A stretch of 64,000 nt of DNA from Zygnema circumcarinatum SAG 698-1b. Its lineage: Eukaryota > Plantae > Zygnematophyceae. Location: contig CM074814.1 of the NCBI GenBank assembly GCA_037447605.1, positions 2,480,001-2,544,000 of the forward strand. The letters are read 5' to 3'. The translations under genes were made by a program, and so were the position numbers. The notes under the pieces were generated by a model. It worked only from the letters and a program-made list of their open reading frames with translations, had not been told where the DNA came from and made no database searches. Position 1 is the stretch's first letter, and each line of letters opens with the position of its first letter. Of this stretch, positions 33,903-47,052 are shown piece after piece.

Positions 33903-35858
33903 ATGGCCATGGCGGGCCAGCTGGCGCTCTGCGAGAACCTCGCGTGTCTCTCTTCTGCCCGCTCCGCCAAGCTCGCCGTCCATGGCGGTGGTCGCCGCAC
34001 GTGTGAAGGGCGCAGCAGGAGGGCAGAGTGGGGAGCAGGAAGCGCCACGTGTGCGGCTGCAGGGGCTGAAGGTGTGGGGGGGAGCTCGGAAACAGGGCAA
34101 ATTGGGATTAGGGTTAGGTTTTAGAGCGTTTGAGACCTAGGTGGATTGAGTGTAGGGTTGCAATTTGAGAGGTCATGACGTTGCATGCTTGAAGCTGGCC
34201 AGTTTTTTAGCAAGAAAAATGTTACATTGTGAGGGATTAATACAGCGTTTCTGGCCTCTGATTAATTTCTTCACGCTTTTCCCTCATGATACTGAGATAG
34301 TAGTGTGGAGGCTTCTTTTGGCGTTGTTTTTGTTCACAGTTGTAAGTTCAAACTTCAATATCTTAAAGAAATTAAAATAAAAAAATAAGTAAGATAAATT
34401 CAGCTGAGGTGTAAATTCGTTTGAGATTTCTGCTGTGCAGCTGCAGGGAGAGAGAGGGAGAGAACAGATTGGAGAGAGAGATCGCGTCCAATCAAACCTG
34501 GAGGGATGTACCCTGCCAAAGACCATTGCAGGTGCGGGCTCCCTCCTCCCTCCCACCCTCCCTCCATCCCTCCCTCCCTCCCTCCCTCTCTCCCTCCCTC
34601 CCTCCCTCCCNNNNNNNNNNTCCCTCCCTCCCAAGTAAGAAAGTGTTTGGCTCCTCCTGTGTTTACTTCCTTCCTGCCATGGCCAGCCAGTGCGGCTTAT
34701 GCGACACTTACTACATTGCGCATGTGAAAGATGCGTGCGCTTTCCTCGGAGACGGAATGTCCCGAGTAGAGGTCAGAGCTCTATACCTGCTCTCCTGCTC
34801 TCACGCATGCCCGCTAATAGAACTTATTTGATGTATAATGAAACTAAAGCCTCGTATCAAATCTGTCCGTAAAGATCCCGTTCTTTGTTACCGTTCACCC
34901 ACCGTGAAACCGAATCTATGGCTATTGTCGCTTTGGATCATCCGTTGAACGGAGATTGAGGAAGGGCTGCTTTTGATCCTTTTTGCTTTTTCTTTGTTTG
35001 CCAATATTGGTTGCAGAAAATGGAAGAAAGGGTTCACGGAAGACGCCGCAATGCGGAGAGTTTGGACGATCTCCATTTTGGAGTGCATCAGGAGATGCTC
35101 TATGCCAAGAATGTGCCTCCAATTGAAGGTCAGACCTTCACATTTTTAGTCATCCAATTTCCTTTTGTCTTTCCATAGAAGATATTAGCGGACTCCTCTC
35201 TCCCGCCTTCCTCTCCTCCTCCCTCTTTCCGTTCCTTCCCCTCCTCCTCGTCTACCTCCATCACCTCTCTCTGCTCACCCCTGCTCCATCATTCTCCCTC
35301 CTCTCCCGCCACACTCTCACTCACTTCTTCTCTCCCGCCTCTCCTGCTCTGTCCTTGCATGGATTTTAGGGTTTTTCTTTTGTCCAATTTTGCAGGTGCG
35401 CAGTGGACAGGTGTCGTCACCTCTATCGCTGTGGAGATGCTCCGAAGCGGAAAAGTGGAAGCAGTTGTTTGCGTGCAGAGGTGAGTGAAGTTTTTAAGTT
35501 TCAAACTTCAAAACTGATCTTTGGAACTCATGGAATTTGTTGAGTGTACTGCTTTGCTTTTCAGGGGTTCAGTCAGCTTGTTCAGTTGGGTTTGATTATT
35601 GAAATCATCTTTGCTTTCGTCTCCCCTTTTTCTCTCCCTTCCTCTCCTTTCTCTCGCGCCCTCTCCCTCACTCCCCCGTCTCTCTGCTCTCCTTTTCCTA
35701 ACTTCCACACTCTTTCTTCTACCTCTCTCTCCCGTTTTCTCCATCTCCCTCTCCCACGTCTCCCCGTCCCTCTCGCTGTCGCTCTTCCTCTCCCTTCTCT
35801 CTTCGCCCCACTCTTCTCTCCTCTCCCCCTCCCTCTCCCTCTCCCTCCNNNNNNNNNN

Positions 35859-35894
<36 letters not shown>

Positions 35895-38800
35895 CTCTCT
35901 CGCTCTCTCTCTCTCTCTCTCTTATCTTGAAGCGAAATTTAGAGTTTAGAGTTAAAATTTTTTAGGGCGGTGTTTGGGTGCAGGCTGCGGGTGTGAAGAG
36001 GCTCCTTTTTTGCGGAGTGGGCTGTCAAGTGCAAGGTCAGAGGGAGGAGTTTGACTGCTTGGGAGCTGTGGGAGTGGGCTTGAGTGGGAGAGGGAGAGGG
36101 AGAGGTAGGGGGAGGGGGAGGGAGAGAAGAACGAGAGATACGAGGAGAGGAAGGAGTTGAATGGAGTGACGAGATAAGGAGAGAGAAATGAAAAGGGAGG
36201 AGAGGGAGAGGGAGGGATAGGGAGGAGGAGAGGGAAAGGGAGATGAAGAGGGAGGAGGAAAAGAAGATGAAGAGGAAGGAGGAGAGTGGAGAGGAAGAGG
36301 GGGAGGGACTGGGAGGAAGGGAGATGAAGAAGTGGAGAGAGATGGAAAGGAGAGAGAGAGGACGAGGGAGAGAGTGGAAGGAGGAGATAGACAGGAAGGA
36401 GGCGAGGGAGAAGGAGCGAGAAAAGGAGATAAAGAGGAGAAAGAAAAGGAGATGAAGAGGTAGGGAGGAAGAGGCAGGAGGAGAGAGAGAAGAGGGAGAG
36501 GAGAGGAGAGGAGAGATCTGCCATTTGCCACTGACTGGTGGGAGGGGGGCAGCTCTCAGAGCTGTGGAACAGCACTTGAACTTGGAGAAGCTCTATGTGC
36601 TCGGCACAAATTGCGGTAATTCGAAAATAAAAAGAGGAGCATAATAAAAAAAAACTGTATTCCTCCCTCCCTCCCTCCCTCCCTCCTCTCCCCCTCCGTC
36701 CCAGAAATGCCACTTTCCTTTCATTGCTGAATGTCATCGTTTCACTTTTATATGATTTTTTTTTTTTTTTTTTTTTTTACCATTTGTATGATATATATGT
36801 TTCATTTGACATGTGACGCCATTTTTCCGTCCTGAGAACTATTTTTTTTGGGCGGGCAGTCGATAACGGACCTCGGGAAGGCTTAGAAAAGTTTCTTCGG
36901 GCAGCCAGTGATGATCCCGAAACAGTCCTCCATTATGAGTTCATGCAAGACTACAAGGTACATTAAGTTAGGTTTTTTTTTTTTTCCATTTTGCTTTTAT
37001 TGTATATACATATATACATCTATATATGTATTTATATATATTCGTTTTCCTTTGGGAAGGGTTCTCTCTGTTACAAGGTCTCTCCCTTTTCTTTTTCCCC
37101 TTTTTCTGCTATTTTTTTAAAATGCTATCTCTTCTGCTGCAGGTTCATTTGAAACATCTCGATGGCCGCATGGAAGAGGTAAGCGCCGCTGTGCCACGTG
37201 GCGCGCTGTGATTCGTCGTTTGTTTGCCTTCGACATGTCCGATCGGATCAAGGATCTGGAGGCCAAGGTCAAAGTCAAAAGGAGTCAAGAGGAGTCAAGG
37301 GAGTCAAGGTTGGTCTTCGTCTTAACAATAGAAGAAACGGGGCTGGCAAATGCAAGTGGTCAAGAAAGTCAACAGAAGTCCAAGCATAAGTCACGCGGAG
37401 TCAGTGACGTCAAGATGCGGAAGTGATTTCTTGATGACGTGGCGGGTAACTGACGTGGGTGTTCGCTGACGTGGCTGCTGACATGGCGTGCTGGGATTGG
37501 CTTAGCAGGTGCCGTATTTCTGCCTGCCAGCGGACGACCTCAAGGACGTCATTGCGCCGTCCTGCTACAGGTTCACTTTAATGCAAAAAACTTGGTTTTT
37601 TACTCGTTTTTTTTTTGAATATTGTGGAAGGGGTATAAGTAGGTTTTTTTGGGAATCAAAAAGAATTGGGAATTAAATTTTTTGGGTTTTGAGAGTATGT
37701 TTTTGGGCTTCTTGGGGTCCTGCAGCTGCTTCGATTACACCAACGGGTTGGCTGTAAGAACTGTTCTATGCCCCCAGTTTTGATTTTTGCTATTTTTGTG
37801 TGTTATTCATTCTTAACTTAATATCACCCACTTCCTTGAAACCAAATAAAGCTTTTGTTGTATGATATAGAAGAGTAAGATCAAAAGAAAGGCCGAATAT
37901 CGATTATGAAACAATGTAGTATACTCACATATTGTAGCAGCCCGGAATAGAACATGGACCGATATGGAACTGTATTGGCGCCTATTTTATGTTTCTTTGC
38001 TGTTTTTTGGTCCTTGTAAGTCGGTTGATTCTTCTGCTTTTGTCCTTTGCGGAGGCAGGATTTGGTGGTGGGCTACATGGGAGTGCCAAAGTATGGAGGG
38101 GTGCCGATGACGCGCCATCCGCAGCATGTCACTGTCAGGTGGGAGGGGGGGAGGGAGGGAGAGAGAGGGAGAGAGAGGGAGAGAGGGAGAGAGAGAGACC
38201 GGGGGGGGAAGGGAAAGGGGAAGGGGAAGAGGAAGGGGAGAAGAGAGAGAGCGAGAGAGAGAGAGAGAGAGACGGGGTGGGAAGGGAAATGGGAAAGGGG
38301 GGGGAAGGGAAGAGGGAGGGGGGTGAGGAGGGAGAGGGGGAGGGCCGAAGAGAGGGGGGAGGGGGGAAGAGAGGGGGAGAGAGAGGGGGGGAAGGGAGGG
38401 AGGNNNNNNNNNNCGAGGAGAGGGGGGAGGGGGGGAGATAGGGGGCGAGAGGGGGGGGAGGGAGGAGGGAGGGGAAGGGAAGAGGGAGGGGGGTGAGGGG
38501 GGGAGGGGGAGGGCCGAGGAGAGGGGGGAGGGGGGGAGAGAGGGAGAGAGGGAGGGAGGGAGGGAGGGAGGGAGGGAAAGAGGGGGGAGATAGAGAGAGG
38601 AAAAAGGGAGGGAAGCGAGGTAGCACTGACTGATTTGACGGTTGGAGAGGGGCAGAAATGAGAGAGGAGCGGAGATGCTCGACCTCGTGCGGTCGAAGTT
38701 TGAGATAGTGCCACCTGTCAGCACGGTAGGCGCACCCTTCATTTTTGGAGCTAAATTTTGTAAAGGTAAAAGAAGTGAAGATAGATGGAAATTTGGCATG

Positions 38801-39956
38801 TTTGGAAGGAAATTTCAATCCTACCCTGTTAGTTAGCAGCCAATATTTCTCTCACTTTCCCCACCCCCCTTTTCAAGTTAATGAATTTTTTTTTTCCGGT
38901 TCTATGCAGGGTGACAGACGGCCCTTTGTAACGGAAACTGTGAAAGCTGATGACAAGGCAACTATTGGTAAGTGAAGGAACTGAAAAGAAGGGGCTTCAC
39001 CATGGGTTTTTTTTGTGAGTTTTACATTTTTTTTTTTTTGCAGGAGAGGAAAAAACCACTCCGGCTCCTCGCCCAGTGGGACACGTCATCGCCTTCCTCC
39101 TCCAGCTGGTGAAGAAACCTCCCCTCGCTAAAGTTACATGGCCCCTTTATTAGAAAACTAGGGTTCACTTTATCGCGAGCTTGATGAAGTCACTCACTCT
39201 AAGGTTTAGATCTGAGATTTTCACTTTATCGCGAGATTATATGGAGGAAAATTTCCCCTTTGAAGGGGGACACAAATTTGGGCAGTTATTATTATTATTA
39301 TTATTATTTATTATTACTTATTACCTTTTTCTATGTGTGCAGGTGGGCCCCACAGGGTTGGAATTTGCGAGATATTCCATAGATTATCACTACATTCGGA
39401 ACTACCTCCATGTCTGCCGCACGTGGGGGAAGGCAAGGTCAGAATTTTTTAGGGTTTTTAGGGTTTTCCCAAAATTTTCCACTTCATTTCTTTACTTAAT
39501 CAAGGGATGTGACTTTTTGAAGGTCTTCTTCTCTCTCTGGGGATGTGTGCCTTTTTGGGAGTTGTTGGAGCTGATGTGGTCGTTGATAGATGGGGTACAA
39601 ATGGGGTATAATTGGGGTACTAAATTTGGGGGTTGAACAGGGCCGAGCAGCACACGCCGGAGTACGCAAAAAGGCTCATTCGAATGTACAATGGAGGGGG
39701 GGAAATCGACCAACTGTTAATGCTCAAACCGAAAAGTTCTGGGAAGAATGTTCTAGAACGAGTGGAGGAGAGAGGGGTGGGAGGGGGAGAGAGAGAGGAG
39801 GGAGTGAGAGAGGGAGAGGGAGAGGGAGAGGGAGAGGGAGAGGGAGAGGGAGTGGGAGAGGGAGTGGGGGAGAGAGACAACGCAGTCAAAATTCTTCTTG
39901 TGGGTCTCCTGGTGGTGGGAGGGCTCGCTGCCCTTTTGGCATTGACACAACAGTGA
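33903..39956 (+). CDS. HCAR: 7-hydroxymethyl chlorophyll a reductase (FrhB family), plastid
   Basis: Exons 33903-34071, 34441-34531, 34687-34771, 35017-35128, 35396-35480, [exon(s) presumably hidden in gap 35849-35858], 35984-36035, 36553-36615, 36860-36957, 37143-37178, 37509-37570, 37726-37753, 38059-38138, 38656-38725, 38910-38967, 39044-39108, 39343-39437, 39641-39956. Motifs: YPAKDHCSQCGLCDTYYIAHVKDACAFLG, AQWTGVVT, LFCGVGCQVQALR, YVLGTNCVDNG, APSCYSCFDYTNGLADLVVGYMG, GLEFARYSIDYHYIRNYL. Confidence 0.95.
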
Positions 39957-41181
39957 TGATTTTTTTTGGGGGAAAAAAATGAAAAACAAGAAATGTATAG
40001 ATGGGGGTTGAAACTTTTTTTGGAATTGAAACGATTTTGGGGTCGAAACCTTTTTTGGGGTTAAGACAATTTTGGGGTCGAAGGTTGCAGCAGCTAAAGA
40101 GGAGGTGTGGAGGCTCATGGTTGGAATGAACTGAACGGAGACGCCAACCGAAGCATATGGAGACGGTGGACTGGGACGGACCTAGAATCTGAAAATTGTA
40201 ATATGTGACCAGGAGGTGAAGGGAAGGCTTTAGAAACCAAAAACCACAAACTAAAAATCAAAAACCAAAAAAAACTGAAAAACTCATGACATGACAGAGG
40301 CGACATTTTCAGCTATTTACATACAAGGTGCAATAGAAATCGATTCCTTTTTTTTTTTTTTTTTTTTTTGAAATTATGAGTAAGATTCTTTACTTCTGAA
40401 GGCGAGCCTCAGTGCCGCCGTTCAACGGCGAACCATGGAACGGCCGTACAAAGGAGAGCTGACATGGAGGCTTCCGAGACCACCGACATTTTCCTGCCAC
40501 GTGGCATCACCGAATGAGTTGGCTGAGCTGGACTCGTTGCCACGTGGCACGCGCCGCCAGCAGCCCCGCTGGCTCGAGGTCAATCCACGTCATTTCAAAA
40601 TATCCAAAACAAAATTTGAAAATGAAGGAAAAGCTTTTTCCCGGGCACACAAAAAACATTTGCGGTATTCACTCCACTTTTTTAGAAGTCAAAACATTTT
40701 TTCGAAACATTCAAGAACTTTTCTGTCGAGTAATTCGTACAAATTTGCTGGCGATGCTGAATGGCGATTGGTCAAAAGTTTTTTGGACTAGCTTTTTCAC
40801 GCTATGAAAATCTTTTCCTTCCAGAATTTGGAATTATTGTCTGACCTATTATTCGGGCAGGCAAAGGGCTGAAAACGAACGAAGCAAAAAAAACTGAGTG
40901 CTGTCGATGACGTGGCTTCGGCGCTGCCCGAAAGAAACGATTTCCTCAGCCCGCCGTGTTGGGAAAGGTACGGGAGAGTGGGAGAGGGAGTGCGAGAGAG
41001 AGAGAGGGGGAGGGGAAGGGAGGGAGAGGGGGGAAGGGAGGGAGAGGGAGAGAGGGAGAGGGAGAGAGGGGGAGAGGGAGAGGGAGAGGGAGAGGGAGAG
41101 GGAGAGGGAGAGGGAGACGGCGAGGGGGAGAGGGAGAGAGGGAGAGAGGGAGAGAGGAGAGAGGGAGAAAGCCCCCTTTCT

Positions 41182-42384
41182 ATGGCGTTCGCAGCGATCC
41201 TCGCGCCCTCTATGGCAGCCACTCCCCTCCCTCCCCCCCCATTGCGGCCGTTCCATGGCTCTCCTTTGAACGGCGGCTCCATGCGCCCCAATATCCCACT
41301 GTCCGTTGAACTGAGGCCGCATTCTCCCCCACATGGAACGGCTCGCCGTTCCGCCGTCCCTGCACAGAGCGCTGCCCTAGTCCCGACGCCGTCACGTCAC
41401 GTCTACGAAAACCTGCCGTTACATAATGTACAAACAAACTCTCCAAACTTCAAAGAAAAATAATATGGGGTTCCATTCGTTGGCTGAATTCAAAACCCCA
41501 AAATCCAAGAACCAAAAATATCTTCTCCTTCCTTGTTTTGTTTCTTTTTTTTATATTTTTTATTGAATTCAATGCAGCAAGTGGAGCTGAGCGAGGAGCA
41601 GCGGAGCCGGAGAGTGCGGGAGGCGGAGGAGGAGATATTGAGAGAGATCGAGAGGAGGAGGGAGAGGCTGCGAGAGGCTGCTCTCTCCCGTCGCCTCGAT
41701 TCCGAACTTAAGTTCGGAAAGCTTCTCTTGGCGCAGGTCTTCAACATCTCCTTTCCATTCTTATTAAATAAATCATTAATTCGAGTCAACGATTAAATTC
41801 AGTGAACCCTTTTCCATGACAAATAACCATTTTGTTGGGTCCGTTGTTGGATTTTTTCTATAATGCAGGGTAAATATCTGCAAGCTATAGCCCACTTCGA
41901 TAAAGTGATATCGAAAAGCTCGGTGCAGTCCTGGCGATATACCGAATCCATGTTCGAAAAAGCGCAATGTCTCTCCTCTCTGGGCCGCCGAGAGGAGGCC
42001 AAAAATGTATACCAAGGCCTCCTATTATTCCGCGCTCCTTTTCCACATATCAAGCGCCGAGCAGCTCTGGCATTGTTGGATATGGAGGGCGGACGAGAGA
42101 GAGTTGAGAGAGGAGGGAGGGAAGGAAGGGGAGAGAGAGGAGAGAGCAGGGAGAGGGAGAGGGGAGAGAGGGGAGAGAGGGAGGAGGGAGAGAATTCGGA
42201 GGTGTTTGACGACTACCGGTACCGCATGTACTCGACTCGGTTCGGGGCGTACATGGCGAAGGAGAAGGAGAAGTATGAGGAGTCGGCGGCGGAGAGGATG
42301 GCGATGTGGCTCGTGCCGCTCTCTGTGCTCATGATGGGGCCGCTCATCATCGTGACGCTGCTACTGACTGGGAAGGGGCACTGA
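41182..42384 (+). CDS. TPR-like protein with coiled coil and C-terminal TM helix (start uncertain)
   Basis: Clear exons 41578-41736 (QVELSEEQRSRRVREAEEE...LKFGKLLLAQ) and 41869-42384 (GKYLQAIAHFDKVISK...FEKAQCLSSLGRREEAKNVYQGL...WLVPLSVLMMGPLIIVTLLLTGKGH*). A first exon from ATG 41182 to ~41427 is only a guess. Confidence 0.6.
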
Positions 42385-43839
42385 AGGGAGGGAGGGAGGG
42401 AGAGAGGGAGGGAGGGAAGGAAGGAAGGTGGGTGAGGGTGGAGGGAGGGAGAGTGGGAGGGAAGGTGGGTGAGGGTGGATGGAGGGAGGTAGAGAGGGAG
42501 GGAAGGTGAGTGAGGGTGGAGGGAGGGAGAGTGGGAGGGAAGGTGGGTGAGGGTAGGAGGGAGGGAGAGAGGGAGGGAAGGTGCGTAAGGTTGGAGGGAG
42601 GGAGAGAGGGAGGGAAGGTGGGTAAGGTTGGAGGGAGGGAGGGAGAGCGGGAGAGGGAGGCAAGGAAGGGTGCGGGTGGAGGCAGGACATGAGGGAGGTG
42701 GGTATGGGGGCAGAGGTCGATAGAGAAGGAGTGATTGATTCTGATTTGTTCGCCGACTGGTGCTCTTTGGCGGACTTTGCGACGCTGCTTGTAAATATGT
42801 ATAATTCTCTCTCTCTCCCCCCTCTCCCTCATACACCCTCTGTTCCAGCTCCCGACACCTGCCTTTCCTCTCTCTCTTTCTTTCTCCTCTCCTTCTCCGT
42901 TTGGTTCTCTCTCTTTCTCTCACCCTCTCCCTTTCTCTTCCCATCCCCTTAAGAGCCCAATTAGTATATTTGAAGAGGGCTCGTTACAGTGATAGCTTCG
43001 AGTAGCTTTGGATATTTCGTTGAAGAATGTGTATAGATATGTGTGACCGTGACATCGCTGCTCCTCTTGTTAAATTGGCTTGTGAAATAAACTCCTTCGG
43101 AGGTTTTTGGGTTTCCAAAGTAGGTGAACCTTCCACAAAAAGATTTTTTTTTTTTTTTTTTTTTTTTAAATGGGACTCCGATTCTGTGGTGACTTCTACC
43201 GTAACATGTAATGAAGAAGTCTTTTGTAAGTGAGAGCTACTGGGGCTATTGTACCGCGAGCTGTAGAGAGAAAGAGGGAGAGAGAAGAGGGTGAGAGGGC
43301 GAGGTGTTGTGCAGACAAGGACTGCGATTCATATGGTATCGCCTCCCTAATCGATGTTGTTCATGTTCATGTTCATGTTCATGTTTGTTTGGAGCTTGAC
43401 CTGATATTGAACACACAAGTCGTAGCTGCCGCATAATGCACCTTTTACCTTCGTTTGTACCGTTCTAAAATTTGCATTTTCATAATATGCGTCTGGCCCC
43501 AATAATCAATTCCAAAAAAAGTAAGGTCAGTTCCCGGCAACATCAAAGAGCCATCCGTGTTTGGCATCGATTGGCCCCATGCACGCGCATGCACGCGCGC
43601 CGCTTTGATCGGTGGAGGAACACCAGAAACTCAGAAACGCAAGAAAGTTTTCCGCTGACGCCATTCAATGTACTATATCTTACGATATGACGCAACACTA
43701 TTAGTACACGTGTACTCCCGTGTACACGTGGCCAGTTCCCATTGGACGATGCATGCATGGCGAATTTGCCGCATGGCATGGCATGGCATGGCAGGACAAG
43801 GCATGCAGCCTCCGCCGTCCCCCTCCCCTATCCGCCGCC

Positions 43840-46642
43840 ATGGTTAGGGTTTGCAGCCCGTCGCTCCTTCCCTATGCTCCCTCTTCTCCTCTGAGTACCG
43901 CAGTCAGCCATGACCATGGCGGTGGATCCCGCATCGCCATGGCAGTGGGTCATGCTGTCCATGTAAACTCTAAATGTCATGCAGACTTGAAGCCGAATCA
44001 TCGTCGTGAGATTATCCCTAAATATCACTCTGTAGACCCTACATTTTGCGGATACTTGCAGCATAAAGCTAATCTGCCTCGCTACCATGTTCCCAGAAGG
44101 AGCTCATCTTCGTCCATGCCTTTCAGGCTCCGCTGCGAGGCTAAGGAAGGAGATGCTGAAGCAGAAAAGGGAGAAGGTGATGCAGAAAGAGTTGCAGAAG
44201 CAGCATCCAAAGAGAGCGAGAAAGAGGAGAGAATAGCTGCTGCTGCTTTTACAGCTGCCATATCCTCTCAAGACCCTTCAACAGCAGCTGCAGCAGCGGC
44301 AGCCATGGCTGAAGCTGCGGGAGAGGAAGAGCTGAAGGAGGGAGAGTCGGTTTCAGCGATTGGAGCGGAACTGTCACGGATATATGGAAGTTCCCAGACA
44401 TGGCTGTGGAGGGGCCATGAGATCAACTATGTGAGGGAGGGGGAGGGCCCTCCAGTGGTGCTTGTGCATGGCTTCGGAGCTTCACTCGGCCATTTTCGGA
44501 AGTGAGTTATGCTGACTTTGCCCATGGGAGTCCCACATTATGCAAACAGTGATGTTTTTTATGCTGATTTTGAGCAGACTGGATGCGGAATAAGGTCTTA
44601 GAAACAAGTGTTTGAAGATGTCGAATGCATGAAACGGAGTCTGTGCGCCTGAACGCGCGACGTCCTATGTGCCCTTTTACATGAGATTGCAGGAATATTC
44701 CGGTCCTTGCAGAGAACTACTCTGTCTATGCAGTCGACCTGTTGGGGCAGGGAGCGTCTTCAAAGCCCCCCAATTTTGTTTATACAATTGAGACGTGGGC
44801 GGAGGTATGGCTCCTACTTGCATGCTCCTGCATGCTGAGGAATGTAGGGTTTTTGACGGTTTGTGGCGTTTTCACGGAGTGGGGGCGGAATGCAAAGGAG
44901 GAAGAAAAGGGACAGGAGAAGGGAAGGCGGGAGGGGTGGAGAGGGAGAGTGGTGAGGGAGCAGGCACAACAAATAGCGAGGGAGAGTTTTTTTTATTGTT
45001 AAAAACATTTCACTCGTGTCTGGCTTCAGCTTCACTCTCTGTCTACTCTCCCTCTCCCTCTCCCTATGCCTCTCCCTCTCCCACTTGCCCTTTTCATGAT
45101 GGCTCGGAAACCCCTCCAGTTAGCTGCCCAATCTTAAGCGGTGACAAAACTGTCTTCTGAACATGGAACGAGCATGTGCATGGAACAGCTCGTTCTCGAC
45201 TTTCTTGCGGAGGTTGTGAAGGAACCCGCCGTGCTTGTGGGGAACTCCATTGGAAGCCTCACTGTGCTTTCAGCCAGTGCAGGTAAATTCACACTCTACG
45301 CTCATCTCCCCCAATGAAAGTCTTCCTTGCTCCAAAATTAGGGTTTGCAAGTTGACTCTGATACATCCACAAGGTCTTACTTTCTTTTTTGATCCCCCCT
45401 TGTTTTGAATTTTTCCTAACTTTCTGTTTTTTTGTAACATTTGGTGGATTCGTTTTTTCTTGTCAGATGCGCCCTCGGGGGCTGTGGTCGGCACGGTGCT
45501 TTTGAACTGTGCGGGAGGAATGAACAACAAAGCGATTGTGGATGACTGGCGAATCAGAGTTGTCCTTCCAATTTTCTGGCTCATTGATTGGCTGCTGCTG
45601 CAGCCAAGAATTGCAAGACCGTTATTCGATCGTGTTCGAACAAGGTGAGTCTCTGTTCCTCGTAGGTAGGGAGGGAGGGAGGGAGGGAGGGAGGGTGGGT
45701 GGGAGGGAGGAGTGAGGGAGGAAAGGGAGGGAGGGAGGAAGGAGAGAAGGTAGAGGAAGAGATGGAAGGAGGGAGGGAAGAAAGGGAGGGAGCTTATGAG
45801 GGAGGGGAGACAGGGTGAAGGAGGGAGGGTGTGGAGAGAGGTTAGGAAGGAGGTCGGAGGATGGAAAAGTGCCTTGGGGATGGTAGGGGAGGTAGGGAGG
45901 ACAGGAGCAGGGAGGTGTATCCTTCCAGCGGAAACCAATCTGTTGTGGGAGCGAAGCATCAAACTGCCAATGTTTGAATGTAGATTCATTGGGGAAGGGT
46001 CTTGTGTCCAATGCAGGAACAATGTGAAGTCAGTTTTGCAGTCTGTGTACAGCAACAAAGAGGCAGTGGATGATGAACTGGTTGAGGTGGGTGAAGTACT
46101 CTCTCTCTCTCTCTCTCTCACTCTCTTTCCCCACTCTCTCTCGTCTTGCTTTCACTTAACAGTCCACTCTACACCCTCTCTCCCTCCGCTCCCTCCCCTC
46201 TCCTCTCTCTTAAGCACATTCCTTCTCCTCCCCCTACCCCACTCCCCTTCCTCCTCCCACTCGTCACTGTCAGCTTAGCTGATGTCATACACTATCGATT
46301 GTTTCTATGCTTATTCAGGTCATATTAAAACCTGCGAGTGACGAGGGTGCCCTTGACGCTTTTGTCGCCATCATTACGGGCCCCCCCGGGCCCCGCCCTG
46401 AAATTTTGGTGCCCAAAATTTCGCACCCAATTCTTGTGCTGTGGGGCGATGAGGACCCCTTCACGCCCTTTGACGGTCCAATTGGGAAATATTTTCGGAA
46501 CTTACCAAATTCAAACCCTCTTGTTGTCTTTATCGAGCTTCCCAGTGTGGGTCATTGCCCCCATGACGACAGGCCCGAGGCAGTGCATGCAAGCCTCCTT
46601 CCCTGGCTGGGAAAAGTTTCCTCTCCTGCACTTGTTGTTTGA
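43840..46642 (+). CDS. CLD1: Plastid alpha/beta-hydrolase, chlorophyll dephytylase CLD1-like
   Basis: Exons 43840-44501, 44693-44804, 45189-45282, 45467-45644, 46017-46086, 46319-46642. Motifs: VLVHGFGASLGHFRKNI, nucleophile elbow GNSIGS, LLNCAGGMNNKAIVDDWRI, ALDAFVAIITGPPGP, LWGDEDPFTPFDGPIGKYF, GHCPHDDRPE. These closely follow the Arabidopsis At5g38520-type sequence as recalled. Confidence 0.85.
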
Positions 46643-47052
46643 TTTTTAGGGTTAGGAGATTAGGGTTAGGTTTGTGTTAGGGTAGGATAAGACCAGGATA
46701 GGGTTAGGGTTAAGTAAAGGTCCTTCTGTCTATTACTGTATATAGAGGTTCCTTACAGATAGAGCTCCAGTACAGCCTTGTACCATGTTTCAAAATATCT
46801 TGAAGTAATATGTTTGCACCCCATGTGCTTTTTGCTAGCAGGAAACCCTAAATCCTGAAACATTCAAACTCTGAAATCCTGAATCCCAAACCATAGCAGC
46901 ACTGCCGTTGCCGGAATGAAGTCTCCTGACAGAGCTCCCTTTCGAAAACAGCCTCCAACGAGCTGACGCAAACCGCAAGCCTACGTATAAAAAAACCCAA
47001 GTTTCTCCAAAAAAAAAAACGGGAACCCAAAATTCAAATGACATTTACATAT

